Source of the DNA: an uncultured delta proteobacterium
GTDB lineage: Bacteria; Desulfobacterota; Desulfomonilia; UBA1062
DNA: 64,000 bases
NCBI GenBank assembly: GCA_963798485.1
Contig: CAWCTR010000022.1
Coordinates: 64,001 to 128,000 of the forward strand
Direction: 5' to 3'
Part shown: positions 9,291 through 19,163 of the stretch, one piece after another
Layout: every line of letters begins with the position of its first letter
Numbering within the stretch: the first letter of the stretch is position 1
The notes under the pieces: model-generated
The model's input: the letters and a program-made list of their open reading frames with translations, nothing else
The model's database searches: none
Told to the model about the DNA's origin: nothing
Position numbers and translations under genes: made by a program

Positions 9291-9884
9291 ATGACCAGGG
9301 AGGATTTCGAAATCACGCTTAAGGAGTTCGAGTCGCAGATCAAGAAGAAGCTCCCCTCCATGATCAACAGCTACCTCATGAATCGAGGGAACCGTGAGTT
9401 TGAGACGGCCTTCATCCATCTCTTGGAGACCTTGGGCAGACAGAGGAAGACCCTCCTGAAGGACCTTACCAAGGTGGCCAGGCTCGAACAGAAGACCCGG
9501 TACTTCAATGCCGCCAATAATATGGATTCCCAGCTCAGGAGCATGGGAAACAGAGAGGCCTTGAAACAACAGACAAAATTACGGAAACATCGCGTCCATG
9601 CACCGCTTATCTATGACCTCGGGGCAGGCCCTGTTGAGGGTGACCTCCTGAACGCCGATGATTTGGGCGTCCTGCTGGAGACAACGGAAAAGGTGTCCAT
9701 CGACCATGAGGTGAGGATAACCCTCTCAGGGAAGAAGGCGCACGGCAAGGCCATGTGGTCCATCCCTGATGAAAAAGGCCGCATGGAGACGGGGGTTAAA
9801 CTCCTCAATGCATCTGATGATTTCATGGAAGAAATCAAGAAGATTATCAGGAAGCCTGCAAAAAAAGCAGAGAAATCCTCATGA
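9291..9884 (+). CDS. Hypothetical protein with a helical N-terminus and a degenerate PilZ-like C-terminal domain
   Basis: RKHRV...GDLLNADDLGVLLET...GKAMWS...GVKL resembles the PilZ beta-barrel pattern. Confidence 0.5.
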   Translation: MTREDFEITLKEFESQIKKKLPSMINSYLMNRGNREFETAFIHLLETLGRQRKTLLKDLTKVARLEQKTRYFNAANNMDSQLRSMGNREALKQQTKLRKHRVHAPLIYDLGAGPVEGDLLNADDLGVLLETTEKVSIDHEVRITLSGKKAHGKAMWSIPDEKGRMETGVKLLNASDDFMEEIKKIIRKPAKKAEKSS

Positions 9885-9922
9885 TTGACACCCATACGGG
9901 TGCATAGTATTCCTTTAAGGAT

Positions 9923-11128
9923 ATGAGATTCGCCATCCTCACCTTAGGATGCAAGGTCAACCAATATGAAAGCCAGCGGATCAGGCAGGGGCTTGTAACG
10001 GCAGGCCACATCGAGCAGGCCTTTACCGAACCCGACGCTGACTGTTACATCATCAATACCTGTACCATCACCCATAAGTCCGATGCCGAAACGCGCAGGG
10101 TAATCCGCAGGGCGTTGAAACTAGGCGGCAGGGTAATCGTAACAGGCTGCCAGGTTGTTGTAGATTCCAAAGGTATCAGGGATGTCTCCGAGGCTATTGA
10201 GATTGCCAGGCCGGATCATCTCTCCGAGATACTCCAGGTAGACCTGCCATCCATCATCACCGGCTTCGGCGATCACCACAGGGCCTTTGTGAAGGTCCAA
10301 CAGGGATGTAACAAGTATTGCGCGTACTGTATCGTGCCTTTTGCCAGGGGAGGGCCTGTAAGCAGGCCTTGGCAGGAGGTCGTCACCGAGGTGAGGACCC
10401 TTTACGACGCACGCTATCAAGAGGTGGTGCTTACCGGGATCAATATCGGTCTTTATGAGGGGGGGCTAACTCGACTTGTGGAAAGGGTGCTTTTCCATAC
10501 TTCAATCCCAAGGTTGAGGATAAGCTCCATTGAACCGTGGACCGTTGAAGACGGCCTTATCTCTATAATCAAGGACGACCCCAGGCTATGCAAACATTTT
10601 CACCTGCCGCTGCAGCACGGAAGCGATTCCATTCTTCGCGCCATGGGCAGGCCGTATACGGCCTCATACTTCCGCTCACTCATAGACCGGATCAGGAATG
10701 CCGCACCTGAGGCCGCAATAGGCCTGGACGTCATCGTGGGTTTCCCGGGCGAGGATGACAAGTCCTTTGAGGAATCCTACAGCCTTATCGAAGACCTTTC
10801 TGTTACCTACCTCCATGTCTTCCCCTTCTCGCCAAGGCAAGGCACTGCCGCCGCCCTCCTGCCCGGACGTCCGGGAGATGCGGTTACCAAGCAGAGGTCT
10901 TCCCTCTTAAGGGCGTTGTCCAGGGAAAAGAGGCATGCCTTTGCCTGTTCACGGCAGGGCATGGTTGAGGAGGTGCTTGTCACCGGGATTTGTGAAGGGC
11001 ATTTTTATGGGGTTACCTCGAATTATCTTAACGTTCAGGCCAAGGGAAGCGTACCGGCGGGAAATATTGTGAGCGTACTCCTTAAAAGTATGGAGGGACA
11101 GACCCTTACAGGAGAGCTCCTTGGATAA
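9923..11128 (+). CDS. mtaB: tRNA t6A37 methylthiotransferase MtaB
   Basis: TLGCKVNQYES, INTCTIT, GCNKYCAYC, LHVFPFSPR.GT.AA. Confidence 0.92.
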   Translation: MRFAILTLGCKVNQYESQRIRQGLVTAGHIEQAFTEPDADCYIINTCTITHKSDAETRRVIRRALKLGGRVIVTGCQVVVDSKGIRDVSEAIEIARPDHLSEILQVDLPSIITGFGDHHRAFVKVQQGCNKYCAYCIVPFARGGPVSRPWQEVVTEVRTLYDARYQEVVLTGINIGLYEGGLTRLVERVLFHTSIPRLRISSIEPWTVEDGLISIIKDDPRLCKHFHLPLQHGSDSILRAMGRPYTASYFRSLIDRIRNAAPEAAIGLDVIVGFPGEDDKSFEESYSLIEDLSVTYLHVFPFSPRQGTAAALLPGRPGDAVTKQRSSLLRALSREKRHAFACSRQGMVEEVLVTGICEGHFYGVTSNYLNVQAKGSVPAGNIVSVLLKSMEGQTLTGELLG

Positions 11129-12848
11129 CAGCACCATCATTGATGCCTTGCTTGAGATGGCTTTTGCCCTTGAGTTCCTGGACGATAACCCTTTCAAGGC
11201 AAAGGCGTATGAGAGGGCTGCACGATCCATCTCCGGAATTGCCACACCCATCGAAGATCTCATCGACACCGGTGGGATAAGCCATATAGAGGGAATCGGA
11301 AAGGCCATTGCAGCAACGCTTACGGCCTGGGTGAAGGATCATGATTTTTCTACGCTAAAAGATCTGCAAGCCAGACTGCCGAGTGGGTTCGAAGAATTGA
11401 TAAAGGTACCGGGGCTGGGGATGAAGAGGTTGAAGGTGTTGTTTAAAGAGCTTAACATCTCTACACTCGATGAGCTTCTTAACGCAATAAACACCGGCAG
11501 GCTTTCATCCGTGAAGGGTTTCTCCGATAAAAGCATTGCCAAACTCAGGGGCTCCGTGCAGGCTATCCTCGATTACCGGGGATGGTTTCTGCTTGATACC
11601 GGATGCGACTGGGCGGCAACCTTTGTTTCACGCTTAAAGGATTGCGGACTGAATGTGCATCTCAGCGGTGTCTGCCGCAGGTCCATGGAGATTATCCCTG
11701 CAATCGACCTCCTCGTGGAAGATGGCCCCGGCATGCATGACGCACTTGTCCAAGGCATTACCTCGATGCCTGATATGCAGATTGCACACGATGGGACAAT
11801 ACTTGTGGCGACATGCCCCGGCAAGCCCCCTGCCAGGATACACACCGTATCTCAGGGGTTCGTTGTGCCTGCATTGTTTATCACGACCGGCTCACAGGCC
11901 CATGTGGACCTGGTGAACGGGTATGGGGCTCTCCGATCCGTCCGGGTCAGTCAAGAAGGGGTTTATAAAGACGGGGTGCGTGTGCCTGTCAAAGATGAGG
12001 CGGAGATCTATGATCTGTTTGGCATGCGCTACCTCCCACCCGAGGTCAGGGAGGGCAGGCCGATCGAAATGGACCTGGCCTTAAGCGGAAAGGTGCCTGA
12101 GTTTATAACACAAGAAGACCTTAAAGGTCTCATCCATGTCCATTCCACCTATAGCGACGGAAAGGCAACGCTGGCCGACATGGTGCAGGGTGCCCATGAG
12201 CGCGGTTATTCATGGATCGGCATCTCTGATCACAGCAAGAGCGCCTATTATGCGCTCGGATTGAGCGTGAAGGACCTGAGGCGGCAGTTCGAGGAAATCG
12301 ATGAGCTCTCTCAGATATTCCCTGGTGTTACGATCTTCAAGGGGATCGAATCCGACATCCTGCCCGACGGCTCGCTGGATTATCCTCAAAGCGTGCTCAA
12401 GCAGTTCGATTTTGTCATTGCAAGCATCCATTCCCACATGGATATGGACAGGGCATCCATGACCGAGCGGATCATAAAGGCCATAGCCAATCCCTTCACC
12501 ACCATACTCGGCCACCCCACAGGCCGGGTGCTGCTTGCACGCAGGCCCTATGAGGTGGACATGGAGGCGGTGCTGGCAGAGGCGGTAGGTTGTGGTGTCA
12601 TGGTGGAGCTCAACGCCAACCCATTGAGGCTCGATCTGGACTGGCGTCTTATGCCGGGCTTCACATCAAAAGGCGGGCGTGTTGTCATAGCGCCTGATGC
12701 CCACAGCGTTTCCGGGCTTGACGATATGCGTTACGGCCTGGCCATTGCCAGGAAAGGCCTGCTCTTAAAAGACTCTTGCATGAATGCATTCAGTGCCCGG
12801 GAAGCGAGGGAGGCGTTTAAGACCAAAAAGGAAAATTCCCGCGAATGA
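11121..12848 (+). CDS. polX: PolX-PHP protein (family X polymerase fold plus PHP nuclease); polymerase site degenerate
   Basis: NPFKAKAY, HhH motifs GIGK and PGLGMK; PHP motifs HVHSTYSDG, SDH, GHPTGR, DAH. Confidence 0.9.
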   Translation: MDNSTIIDALLEMAFALEFLDDNPFKAKAYERAARSISGIATPIEDLIDTGGISHIEGIGKAIAATLTAWVKDHDFSTLKDLQARLPSGFEELIKVPGLGMKRLKVLFKELNISTLDELLNAINTGRLSSVKGFSDKSIAKLRGSVQAILDYRGWFLLDTGCDWAATFVSRLKDCGLNVHLSGVCRRSMEIIPAIDLLVEDGPGMHDALVQGITSMPDMQIAHDGTILVATCPGKPPARIHTVSQGFVVPALFITTGSQAHVDLVNGYGALRSVRVSQEGVYKDGVRVPVKDEAEIYDLFGMRYLPPEVREGRPIEMDLALSGKVPEFITQEDLKGLIHVHSTYSDGKATLADMVQGAHERGYSWIGISDHSKSAYYALGLSVKDLRRQFEEIDELSQIFPGVTIFKGIESDILPDGSLDYPQSVLKQFDFVIASIHSHMDMDRASMTERIIKAIANPFTTILGHPTGRVLLARRPYEVDMEAVLAEAVGCGVMVELNANPLRLDLDWRLMPGFTSKGGRVVIAPDAHSVSGLDDMRYGLAIARKGLLLKDSCMNAFSAREAREAFKTKKENSRE

Positions 12849-12942
12849 TGCTTTAAAGCCACGTCCCGCCCTGTATAACCCTTTTGTGTATTGACTAATA
12901 CCACCTTCGGTCTTAATCTAATGCGTTATGAAGGATACACCC

Positions 12943-13458
12943 ATGTCGAGCTTTGTTGAAATGAAGGTGGCAGGCATTGCGCTTGACCCCACCAACAATG
13001 CCCCTATCGTGGTCCTTCGCGACCTCAATGGCAAGTTCATCCTCCCCATCTGGATCGGCATTATGGAGGCAAGCGCCATAGCCTCGGCCCTTGAAGGGGT
13101 TCAGTATTCAAGACCCATGACCCATGATCTCTTCAGGTCTTTCATCGAAACGTTAGGCGCCACCATTGAAAAGATAGAGGTAGTGGATATCAGGGACAAT
13201 GTTTTCTATGCACTTATCACCATCATCCATAACGGAAACCGTCTTACCATTGATGCGAGGCCGTCGGATGCCATAGCCATAGCGCTACGCACCAAGTCCG
13301 CCATCTTTGTGGCAAGTCATGTGATAAAAGACGCCATCCACCTGGACTCCAAGACAAGCGCCGGCAAGGTCATGGTGGGGTTCGAGCAGGACACCGAGAA
13401 GCTCAAGGAGATCCTTGAGAAGATGAACCCCGAGGACTTCGGTAAGTTCAAGGCCTAA
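12943..13458 (+). CDS. Bifunctional nuclease (DUF151) family protein
   Basis: LPIWIG..EA..IA, RPMTHDL, DARPSDAIAIALR. Confidence 0.92.
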   Translation: MSSFVEMKVAGIALDPTNNAPIVVLRDLNGKFILPIWIGIMEASAIASALEGVQYSRPMTHDLFRSFIETLGATIEKIEVVDIRDNVFYALITIIHNGNRLTIDARPSDAIAIALRTKSAIFVASHVIKDAIHLDSKTSAGKVMVGFEQDTEKLKEILEKMNPEDFGKFKA

Positions 13459-13478
13459 CCCAATAGGCACCTTTTATA

Positions 13479-15833
13479 TTGATAGACTTGGCTGCATCGT
13501 GTATTTTCCATGGATATATGCATGCCCATGACACTGCTCATCAAAAGGCGAAGAAGATCAGCAAGGCCATCTTCGAGACCATTGTCGAGATGGCGTATGA
13601 GGGCATCTTTGTCTATCAAGGCCACAGGTTCTTCTATGTAAATCCCGCGTTTGAACGCATGCTTGGATATTCTGCAGAGGAACTCGAGGAAATGGGTTTC
13701 AAGGATGTGCTGCATACAAGCTCTTCTGTCCTTATGGAACAGCGTTATCTTGCCCTGATCAGGGGTGAGGAAATACGCCCCCGGCGCGTGGACGTGATCT
13801 TCCGGACCAAAACCGGACAAGAACGCATCATCTCGCTCTCCACATCAGCCATCACCCTGGTGGGGGGCATTCCGGCCACCCTGAATATCGCCCGCGACAT
13901 CACCAGGCGCAAAGGTATGGAACAAAGCTTGGAGTCCACCAACAAGTTCCTGGCCGGTCTCATTGCAAGCTCGTCCGATGCCATCGTTGCCTCCGACCTG
14001 AAGGGCAGGGCACTTATCTTTAACAAGGCCGCCGAGGAGATCACGGGTTATAGCGCCGAGGATATGCTCAACCACAAATCCAACATAGCCGATTTCATGG
14101 TGGCGGGCGAGCGCGACCGGATCATGGCCATCCTCGATGAGGGCACCGAGGAGGTCCCCAGGTGGGTCGTGGGGGAAGAGACCTCTGTGTACCACAAGGA
14201 CGGGACACTCATCCCTATATCGATTTCCGTGTCCTACCTGTATTCCGAACAGAAACCGGTGGCCGCCATAAGCGTCTTCCGCGACCTCAGGCCCTTAAAG
14301 AAGGTTGAAGACAAGCTTCGGGAGTCGGTGCAAAAATACCGGATGCTTGTGGAGAAGACCCAGGACGGAATTTTCGTCTTACAGGATCATCTCTTCACCT
14401 ACACCAATCCTGCGTTCAGGGAGTTGCTTGGTTATAATGAAGAGGAACTCCTGCACATGGGCCTTAAAGATATTGTGAGGCCGGAACTGGCGCGGATGAT
14501 CGAGGCGCGTTATACAAAACGAATCCGGGGTGAAACGGTACCGGACCAGTACGAGATTGCCCTTTGCAGCAAAGACGGCAACTGGCGTGCCTTTGAGATC
14601 ACCCCTTCGGTCATCGAGTATGAAGGCGAAGTTGCAACCCAGAATGTCATCCGGGACATAACCCAAAAGAGAGAGGCCCAGAAGGCGCTTCGCGCCAGTG
14701 AGTCCAAGTACCGCGCCACCGTGGAGCATACCGGCACTGCCATGATGATCCTGAATGAAGACTACACGATAACCTTTGCGAATAACCAGCTGGAAAAGCT
14801 CAGCGGTTACACCAAGGAGGAGATCGAAGGCAAGATGCACTGGACCGATGTGGTGCATCCTGATGACGTGGAGCGCATGAGGGGATACCACATGGCCAGG
14901 AGGCAAGGGGATAAGGATGTCCCATCCCAGTATGAATTCAGGTTCATGGACAAGGCAGGCAATATCAGGGACTCCTTCCTTACCATAGGCATGATCCCCG
15001 GCACCAGGCAGAGCATTGTCTCCATCATGGATATTTCAGGAATCAGGCAGATGCAGCGCGAGCTTGAGCAGACCAGGAAGATGGCCATCCTCGGTGAGAT
15101 GTCCGCCCATGTTGCCCACGAGGTAAGAAATCCGCTCCAGAAGATAAAGACCGGTGTAGAGTTGTTGTCCAACTCATTATCGGTGGATGAGCGGCAGCGC
15201 AGGCAGCTCGATGGCGTGAAGCACGGGGTGGACAACCTGGAAAAGTTCGTCACCCAGATCCTCGAGTGGACCCGCTCGGGCGAGCTCAGGCCCAGGCCCC
15301 ACCGCATCAGCAATATCATTGATGGCCTGCTGTTCAACCTGGAGGATGCCTTCAGGCAAAAAGGGGTGAAGGTCCGGAGCACCTATGACCCGGATGCCGA
15401 CGTTGTAGTAGTGGACGGCATCCAACTCCGGCAGGTCTTTGGAAACATCATAGATAACGCGCTGGATGCCATGCCCCATGGAGGGTCATTGAACATCTCC
15501 TCATCACTCGTTCCCAGGCATCCCTTCGCCAGAGGGAAAGAGGCCGTCACCCTGGATGCCTCTGAGATACGCATAACAGATACCGGCAGCGGCATTGCCA
15601 AGGAAGACCTGGGACGTATATTCCAGCCGTTCTTTACAAAGAAGGCCAAAGGAACCGGGCTTGGTCTTGCCCTGGTGAGGAAGGTCATTGACATGCACCA
15701 GGGCGAGGTTGAGGCCTTGAGCACCTTAGGCAAGGGCTCTGAATTTATTATCAGGATTCCCTGTGAGAAGGCCGGTTCTCTCCAGGTATCAGGCAAGGAG
15801 ACAGACGCGGTTGATAGAAAGCGCACAAGCTGA
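13479..15833 (+). CDS. Cytoplasmic multi-PAS sensor histidine kinase
   Basis: Four PAS repeats (N.A...GYS/T.EE...DIT), H-box AHEVRNPL, N box, DTGSGI, PFFTKK, GTGLGL; true start may be 13518. Confidence 0.93.
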   Translation: MIDLAASCIFHGYMHAHDTAHQKAKKISKAIFETIVEMAYEGIFVYQGHRFFYVNPAFERMLGYSAEELEEMGFKDVLHTSSSVLMEQRYLALIRGEEIRPRRVDVIFRTKTGQERIISLSTSAITLVGGIPATLNIARDITRRKGMEQSLESTNKFLAGLIASSSDAIVASDLKGRALIFNKAAEEITGYSAEDMLNHKSNIADFMVAGERDRIMAILDEGTEEVPRWVVGEETSVYHKDGTLIPISISVSYLYSEQKPVAAISVFRDLRPLKKVEDKLRESVQKYRMLVEKTQDGIFVLQDHLFTYTNPAFRELLGYNEEELLHMGLKDIVRPELARMIEARYTKRIRGETVPDQYEIALCSKDGNWRAFEITPSVIEYEGEVATQNVIRDITQKREAQKALRASESKYRATVEHTGTAMMILNEDYTITFANNQLEKLSGYTKEEIEGKMHWTDVVHPDDVERMRGYHMARRQGDKDVPSQYEFRFMDKAGNIRDSFLTIGMIPGTRQSIVSIMDISGIRQMQRELEQTRKMAILGEMSAHVAHEVRNPLQKIKTGVELLSNSLSVDERQRRQLDGVKHGVDNLEKFVTQILEWTRSGELRPRPHRISNIIDGLLFNLEDAFRQKGVKVRSTYDPDADVVVVDGIQLRQVFGNIIDNALDAMPHGGSLNISSSLVPRHPFARGKEAVTLDASEIRITDTGSGIAKEDLGRIFQPFFTKKAKGTGLGLALVRKVIDMHQGEVEALSTLGKGSEFIIRIPCEKAGSLQVSGKETDAVDRKRTS

Positions 15834-15841
15834 GGAGACGT

Positions 15842-17284
15842 GTGGAAGATAAAAAAAAGGTCCTGCTCGTCGATGATGAAGAGGTGTTTCTCGAACAACT
15901 CAAGGACGCCCTTGAAAATTCGAGCCTTGACCTCCAGATAGATACCGCATCCGATGGTGTGGAGGCCCTGGAGAAGATAGAGGCTGCCCGCCATGACATC
16001 GTGATCACAGACGTCAAGATGCCCCGAATGGACGGGTACAGCCTCCTGAAAGAGATCCAGAACCGCTTCCCCTCCACATATGTGGTGGTGATCACCGCCT
16101 TCGGGAGCATATCCGGGGCGGTCGAGGCCATAAAGTACGGGGCATATGACTTCCTGGAAAAACCGTTCAACATGGACTCGCTTGAGATATCGCTGACCAA
16201 GATCCTCAGGCAGCACGAGATCCTCAAAGAAAATATCGAACTCAAGGGCCGGATTCAACAGCACACAGAGGGGCTGGACCAGCTTGTGGGGTCGCATCCC
16301 AAGATGCAGCGACTCTATGAGCAGATACTGACCGCATCCGAGACGGACCTCACCGTGCTCATCTTAGGTGAGACCGGCACCGGGAAGGAGCTCATCGCCC
16401 GATCCATCCACTCCAGGAGTGACAGGCGCTCCAAGCCCTTTGTCGTCATCAACTGTGCCGCCATACCGGAGAACCTTCTGGAATCGGAATTCTTCGGCCA
16501 CGAGAAGGGGGCCTTCAGCGGCGCCATTTCCCAGAGGATCGGCAAGTTCGAAAAGGCCCATACCGGCACGCTCTTCTTGGATGAGATAGGCGACATCCCG
16601 CTGGACCTCCAGGCCAAGATCCTTCGCGTGATAGAAGATCACAAGATCACGCGCATCGGCAGCAACCGCGAGATGGATCTGGACTTCCGGGTGATCTGCG
16701 CCACGAACCGGCCCATCCAGGACATGATCAAGAAGGAGCTTTTCAGGGAAGATCTTTACTACCGCATCAGCGTCTTCCCCATCATCGTGCCCCCCTTAAG
16801 GGACCGCAGGGAAGATATCTCGCTGCTCTCCGGCCATTTCATCGCCAAGAACGCCAAGAGGCTCAACTCCTCGGTAAAGGGGATCTCACCGAAGGCCATG
16901 GAGCAGCTCACCGCATACCCGTGGCAGGGCAATGTCAGGGAGCTGGAGAACAGTATCCAGCACGCCATGGTCTCCACCCGCGCCGAGCTCATCACCTCCT
17001 TCCCCGAACTGCGGAATGCCGCCATGGGCACACAGGCCGCACCGCCCATCTCGTTCACAGAGGAGCCCACCATATGGGTGGAAGCCGGCGAAGGGAACGA
17101 CTATCATACCATCAAGCAGACCCTGCTTGAGCAGTTCGAGCGGAAGTATCTTGCCCATCTGCTGGAGAAGCACGGCGGCGTCATTGCCGAGGCGGCCCGC
17201 GAATCGGGCCTGAATTACAAGACATTCTACCTGAAGGTGGAAAAGTATCAGCTCACCAAGAAGCGGGAAAGAATACCGCGATAA
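15842..17284 (+). CDS. Sigma54-dependent (NtrC/AtoC-type) response regulator
   Basis: REC domain, GETGTGKE, ESEFFGHEKGAFSGA, FREDLYYR, WQGNVREL, Fis-type HTH. Confidence 0.95.
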   Translation: MEDKKKVLLVDDEEVFLEQLKDALENSSLDLQIDTASDGVEALEKIEAARHDIVITDVKMPRMDGYSLLKEIQNRFPSTYVVVITAFGSISGAVEAIKYGAYDFLEKPFNMDSLEISLTKILRQHEILKENIELKGRIQQHTEGLDQLVGSHPKMQRLYEQILTASETDLTVLILGETGTGKELIARSIHSRSDRRSKPFVVINCAAIPENLLESEFFGHEKGAFSGAISQRIGKFEKAHTGTLFLDEIGDIPLDLQAKILRVIEDHKITRIGSNREMDLDFRVICATNRPIQDMIKKELFREDLYYRISVFPIIVPPLRDRREDISLLSGHFIAKNAKRLNSSVKGISPKAMEQLTAYPWQGNVRELENSIQHAMVSTRAELITSFPELRNAAMGTQAAPPISFTEEPTIWVEAGEGNDYHTIKQTLLEQFERKYLAHLLEKHGGVIAEAARESGLNYKTFYLKVEKYQLTKKRERIPR

Positions 17285-17353
17285 TGCCTGTGTCTTGCTG
17301 GTCGAGCCTCTTCAATAATAATATATATTCTGGAGACGGGACCCATAAAGCCC

Positions 17354-17382
17354 TTGACAGATAGAGCCCTCCCATATATTAA
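17354..17382 (+). promoter_or_regulatory. Sigma70-type promoter of rpsT
   Basis: TTGACA-N17-TATTAA, 42 nt upstream of the rpsT ATG. Confidence 0.65.
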
Positions 17383-17424
17383 GATTCACCTCGTAGCCGT
17401 GATACTAAGGAGGAGACAGAGTTA

Positions 17425-17691
17425 ATGGCAAACCATGCTTCAGCCCTGAAGAGACAGCGCCAGAGCGAGAAACGGCGCTCGAGGAATAGAGGTCACAAGT
17501 CCGCTATCAATACGACCGTCAAGAAGGTTCTCACTTCTATAAGCGCCAAGGAAACGGATAAGGCGCGCGAATTATTCCGTGAGGCCGTGGCCCGTCTGGA
17601 CAGCGCCGTCACCAAGGGTGCGCTGCACAGGAGGACCGCTTCCCGGAAGATCTCCCGGCTCACCAAGATGGTGAACGCCCAGGTTTCTTAA
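17425..17691 (+). CDS. rpsT: 30S ribosomal protein S20
   Basis: MANHASALKR.RQ..KRR..N, KGALH..TASRKISRL; SD AAGGAGG. Confidence 0.97.
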   Translation: MANHASALKRQRQSEKRRSRNRGHKSAINTTVKKVLTSISAKETDKARELFREAVARLDSAVTKGALHRRTASRKISRLTKMVNAQVS

Positions 17692-17694
17692 GGC

Positions 17695-18690
17695 TCAAGA
17701 CCGGCCGGATATCCTCCCCTCATTCCTGGGGGAAAGCACAAGCCGCCCGATCATCTCGGTCAGGGCGGCATATACGTGTATCAGCGAGCCCGATTTTAAC
17801 CTTTGTTCTATCCCGCGGACATCCATAAGCAGGGTGGTAAGCTGCGCAATGCTCCATGAAGACTTCCGTCTCATGGCCTTGTCCGCAACGAACTCGTGTA
17901 TCTTCATCTTCTTCCAGTCCCTGCCGGAAAGCACTACATAGTGGTTGATAACCTGGTTTTCTATCCTGCTGATGATCTCCAGCTCGGCAACCCCTGAGAG
18001 CTCCAGTTCATAGAGGCGTGACAGGGCATCCTTTCTCCGGTCGAACAGCGCATCGAGGAATGCAAATATGGCGGGTTCATGCGTGCGCATGACCGCCTCA
18101 TGGACATCCCTGCCGGTTATGGAGGGGCTCTGGTTGGCGTAAAGGCACAGTTTCTGTATCTCGCTTTCCAGATACCACATGCTGCTTCCCCCGGTCATAT
18201 CGGCAAGCAGCACGGCGGCATCCTTGTCGATCTTCTTCCCATAGAGAGGCGCCCTTTCCATGATCCAGTTGGTCCGCGCGCCCCTGTTCTTGAGGGACTC
18301 GAAACGGACTATTCTGGCCTTGCCGTCGAATCTCTTGATAAGCTTGTTCAGTTCATTATCCGTCTTCTCAATTTCTATGATGAGGATTAAGGTTGTGATC
18401 TCGCATGGGTTCTCGAGGTAGAGTAACACCTGGTCCAGCTGTTTAATGGTAAGCTTCTGGCCGTTTTTGATGATGACCACCCTTTGGTCAGAGAGGAAGG
18501 GCATGGTGTTGCACAGGCCTATGATCTCATTCATGGCCGGGTCTTCTTCGGCGTTGAAGGCCGCCCAATTCATGGATATGTTCTCGCCGAGCTGTTGTTT
18601 TAATCGTGCAAGCTCTTCCTCAACAAGGAACATCTCCTGGGCTATGAAAACGGCATTGGATAACCTACTCGATAGTTTCTGAGCGCTCAT
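17695..18690 (-). CDS. holA: DNA polymerase III delta subunit
   Basis: TMPFLS..RVVIIK, LESEIQKL.LY; conserved leuS-lptE-holA order; start taken at ATG 18690. Confidence 0.85.
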   Translation of the reverse strand: MSAQKLSSRLSNAVFIAQEMFLVEEELARLKQQLGENISMNWAAFNAEEDPAMNEIIGLCNTMPFLSDQRVVIIKNGQKLTIKQLDQVLLYLENPCEITTLILIIEIEKTDNELNKLIKRFDGKARIVRFESLKNRGARTNWIMERAPLYGKKIDKDAAVLLADMTGGSSMWYLESEIQKLCLYANQSPSITGRDVHEAVMRTHEPAIFAFLDALFDRRKDALSRLYELELSGVAELEIISRIENQVINHYVVLSGRDWKKMKIHEFVADKAMRRKSSWSIAQLTTLLMDVRGIEQRLKSGSLIHVYAALTEMIGRLVLSPRNEGRISGRS

Positions 18691-19163
18691 AGCTGCAGTA
18701 CGGCAACGGCCCGGGCGATCTGCAGGGAGACCTGCCTGCATGCCTCATCGAGGGCGTCTTCGTCCTGGCCTCCTTCTGAGAAGGTCCCGGTATCGGAAAA
18801 GGTTGACTGCCAGAGGGTCTTGCCCGAGGCATCACTGAGTTTTGCAAGCACATTGATGGTAAGCCGGTAGCGGTTCCCGCTCTTGAGCGTGATCGAGGTG
18901 ATCGTCTCACGGGATGAAGATACCATGGAGCACATGAGCCGGTATTTTGCGTCCTTGTTTGATATCATCCCCATGGAGGCGAAGGACTGCTCCAGGAAGG
19001 AATCCAGCACGATGCCGGCCTCACGGAGGTGGGTCTTGTTCGTGCTCGGGTCGAGCGTGATCTTTCTGCCGCCCGCTACCCCTTCCGGCAGGAACCCGTA
19101 CCTGCAGGAGATCAGGCTACTTGCCAGCAGCAACAATAATATTAATGATCTTATTCGGAACAT
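18687..19163 (-). CDS. lptE: LPS assembly lipoprotein LptE-like
   Basis: Lipoprotein signal LISC.YGF; lies between leuS and holA. Confidence 0.75.
   Translation of the reverse strand: MFRIRSLILLLLLASSLISCRYGFLPEGVAGGRKITLDPSTNKTHLREAGIVLDSFLEQSFASMGMISNKDAKYRLMCSMVSSSRETITSITLKSGNRYRLTINVLAKLSDASGKTLWQSTFSDTGTFSEGGQDEDALDEACRQVSLQIARAVAVLQL

Noticed and set aside
15383-16297. Long antisense ORFs (also 49191-50105, 18883-19650, 39318-40055, 62083-62877)
   Set aside because: They shadow well-supported genes, have no recognisable motifs, and are expected from codon bias
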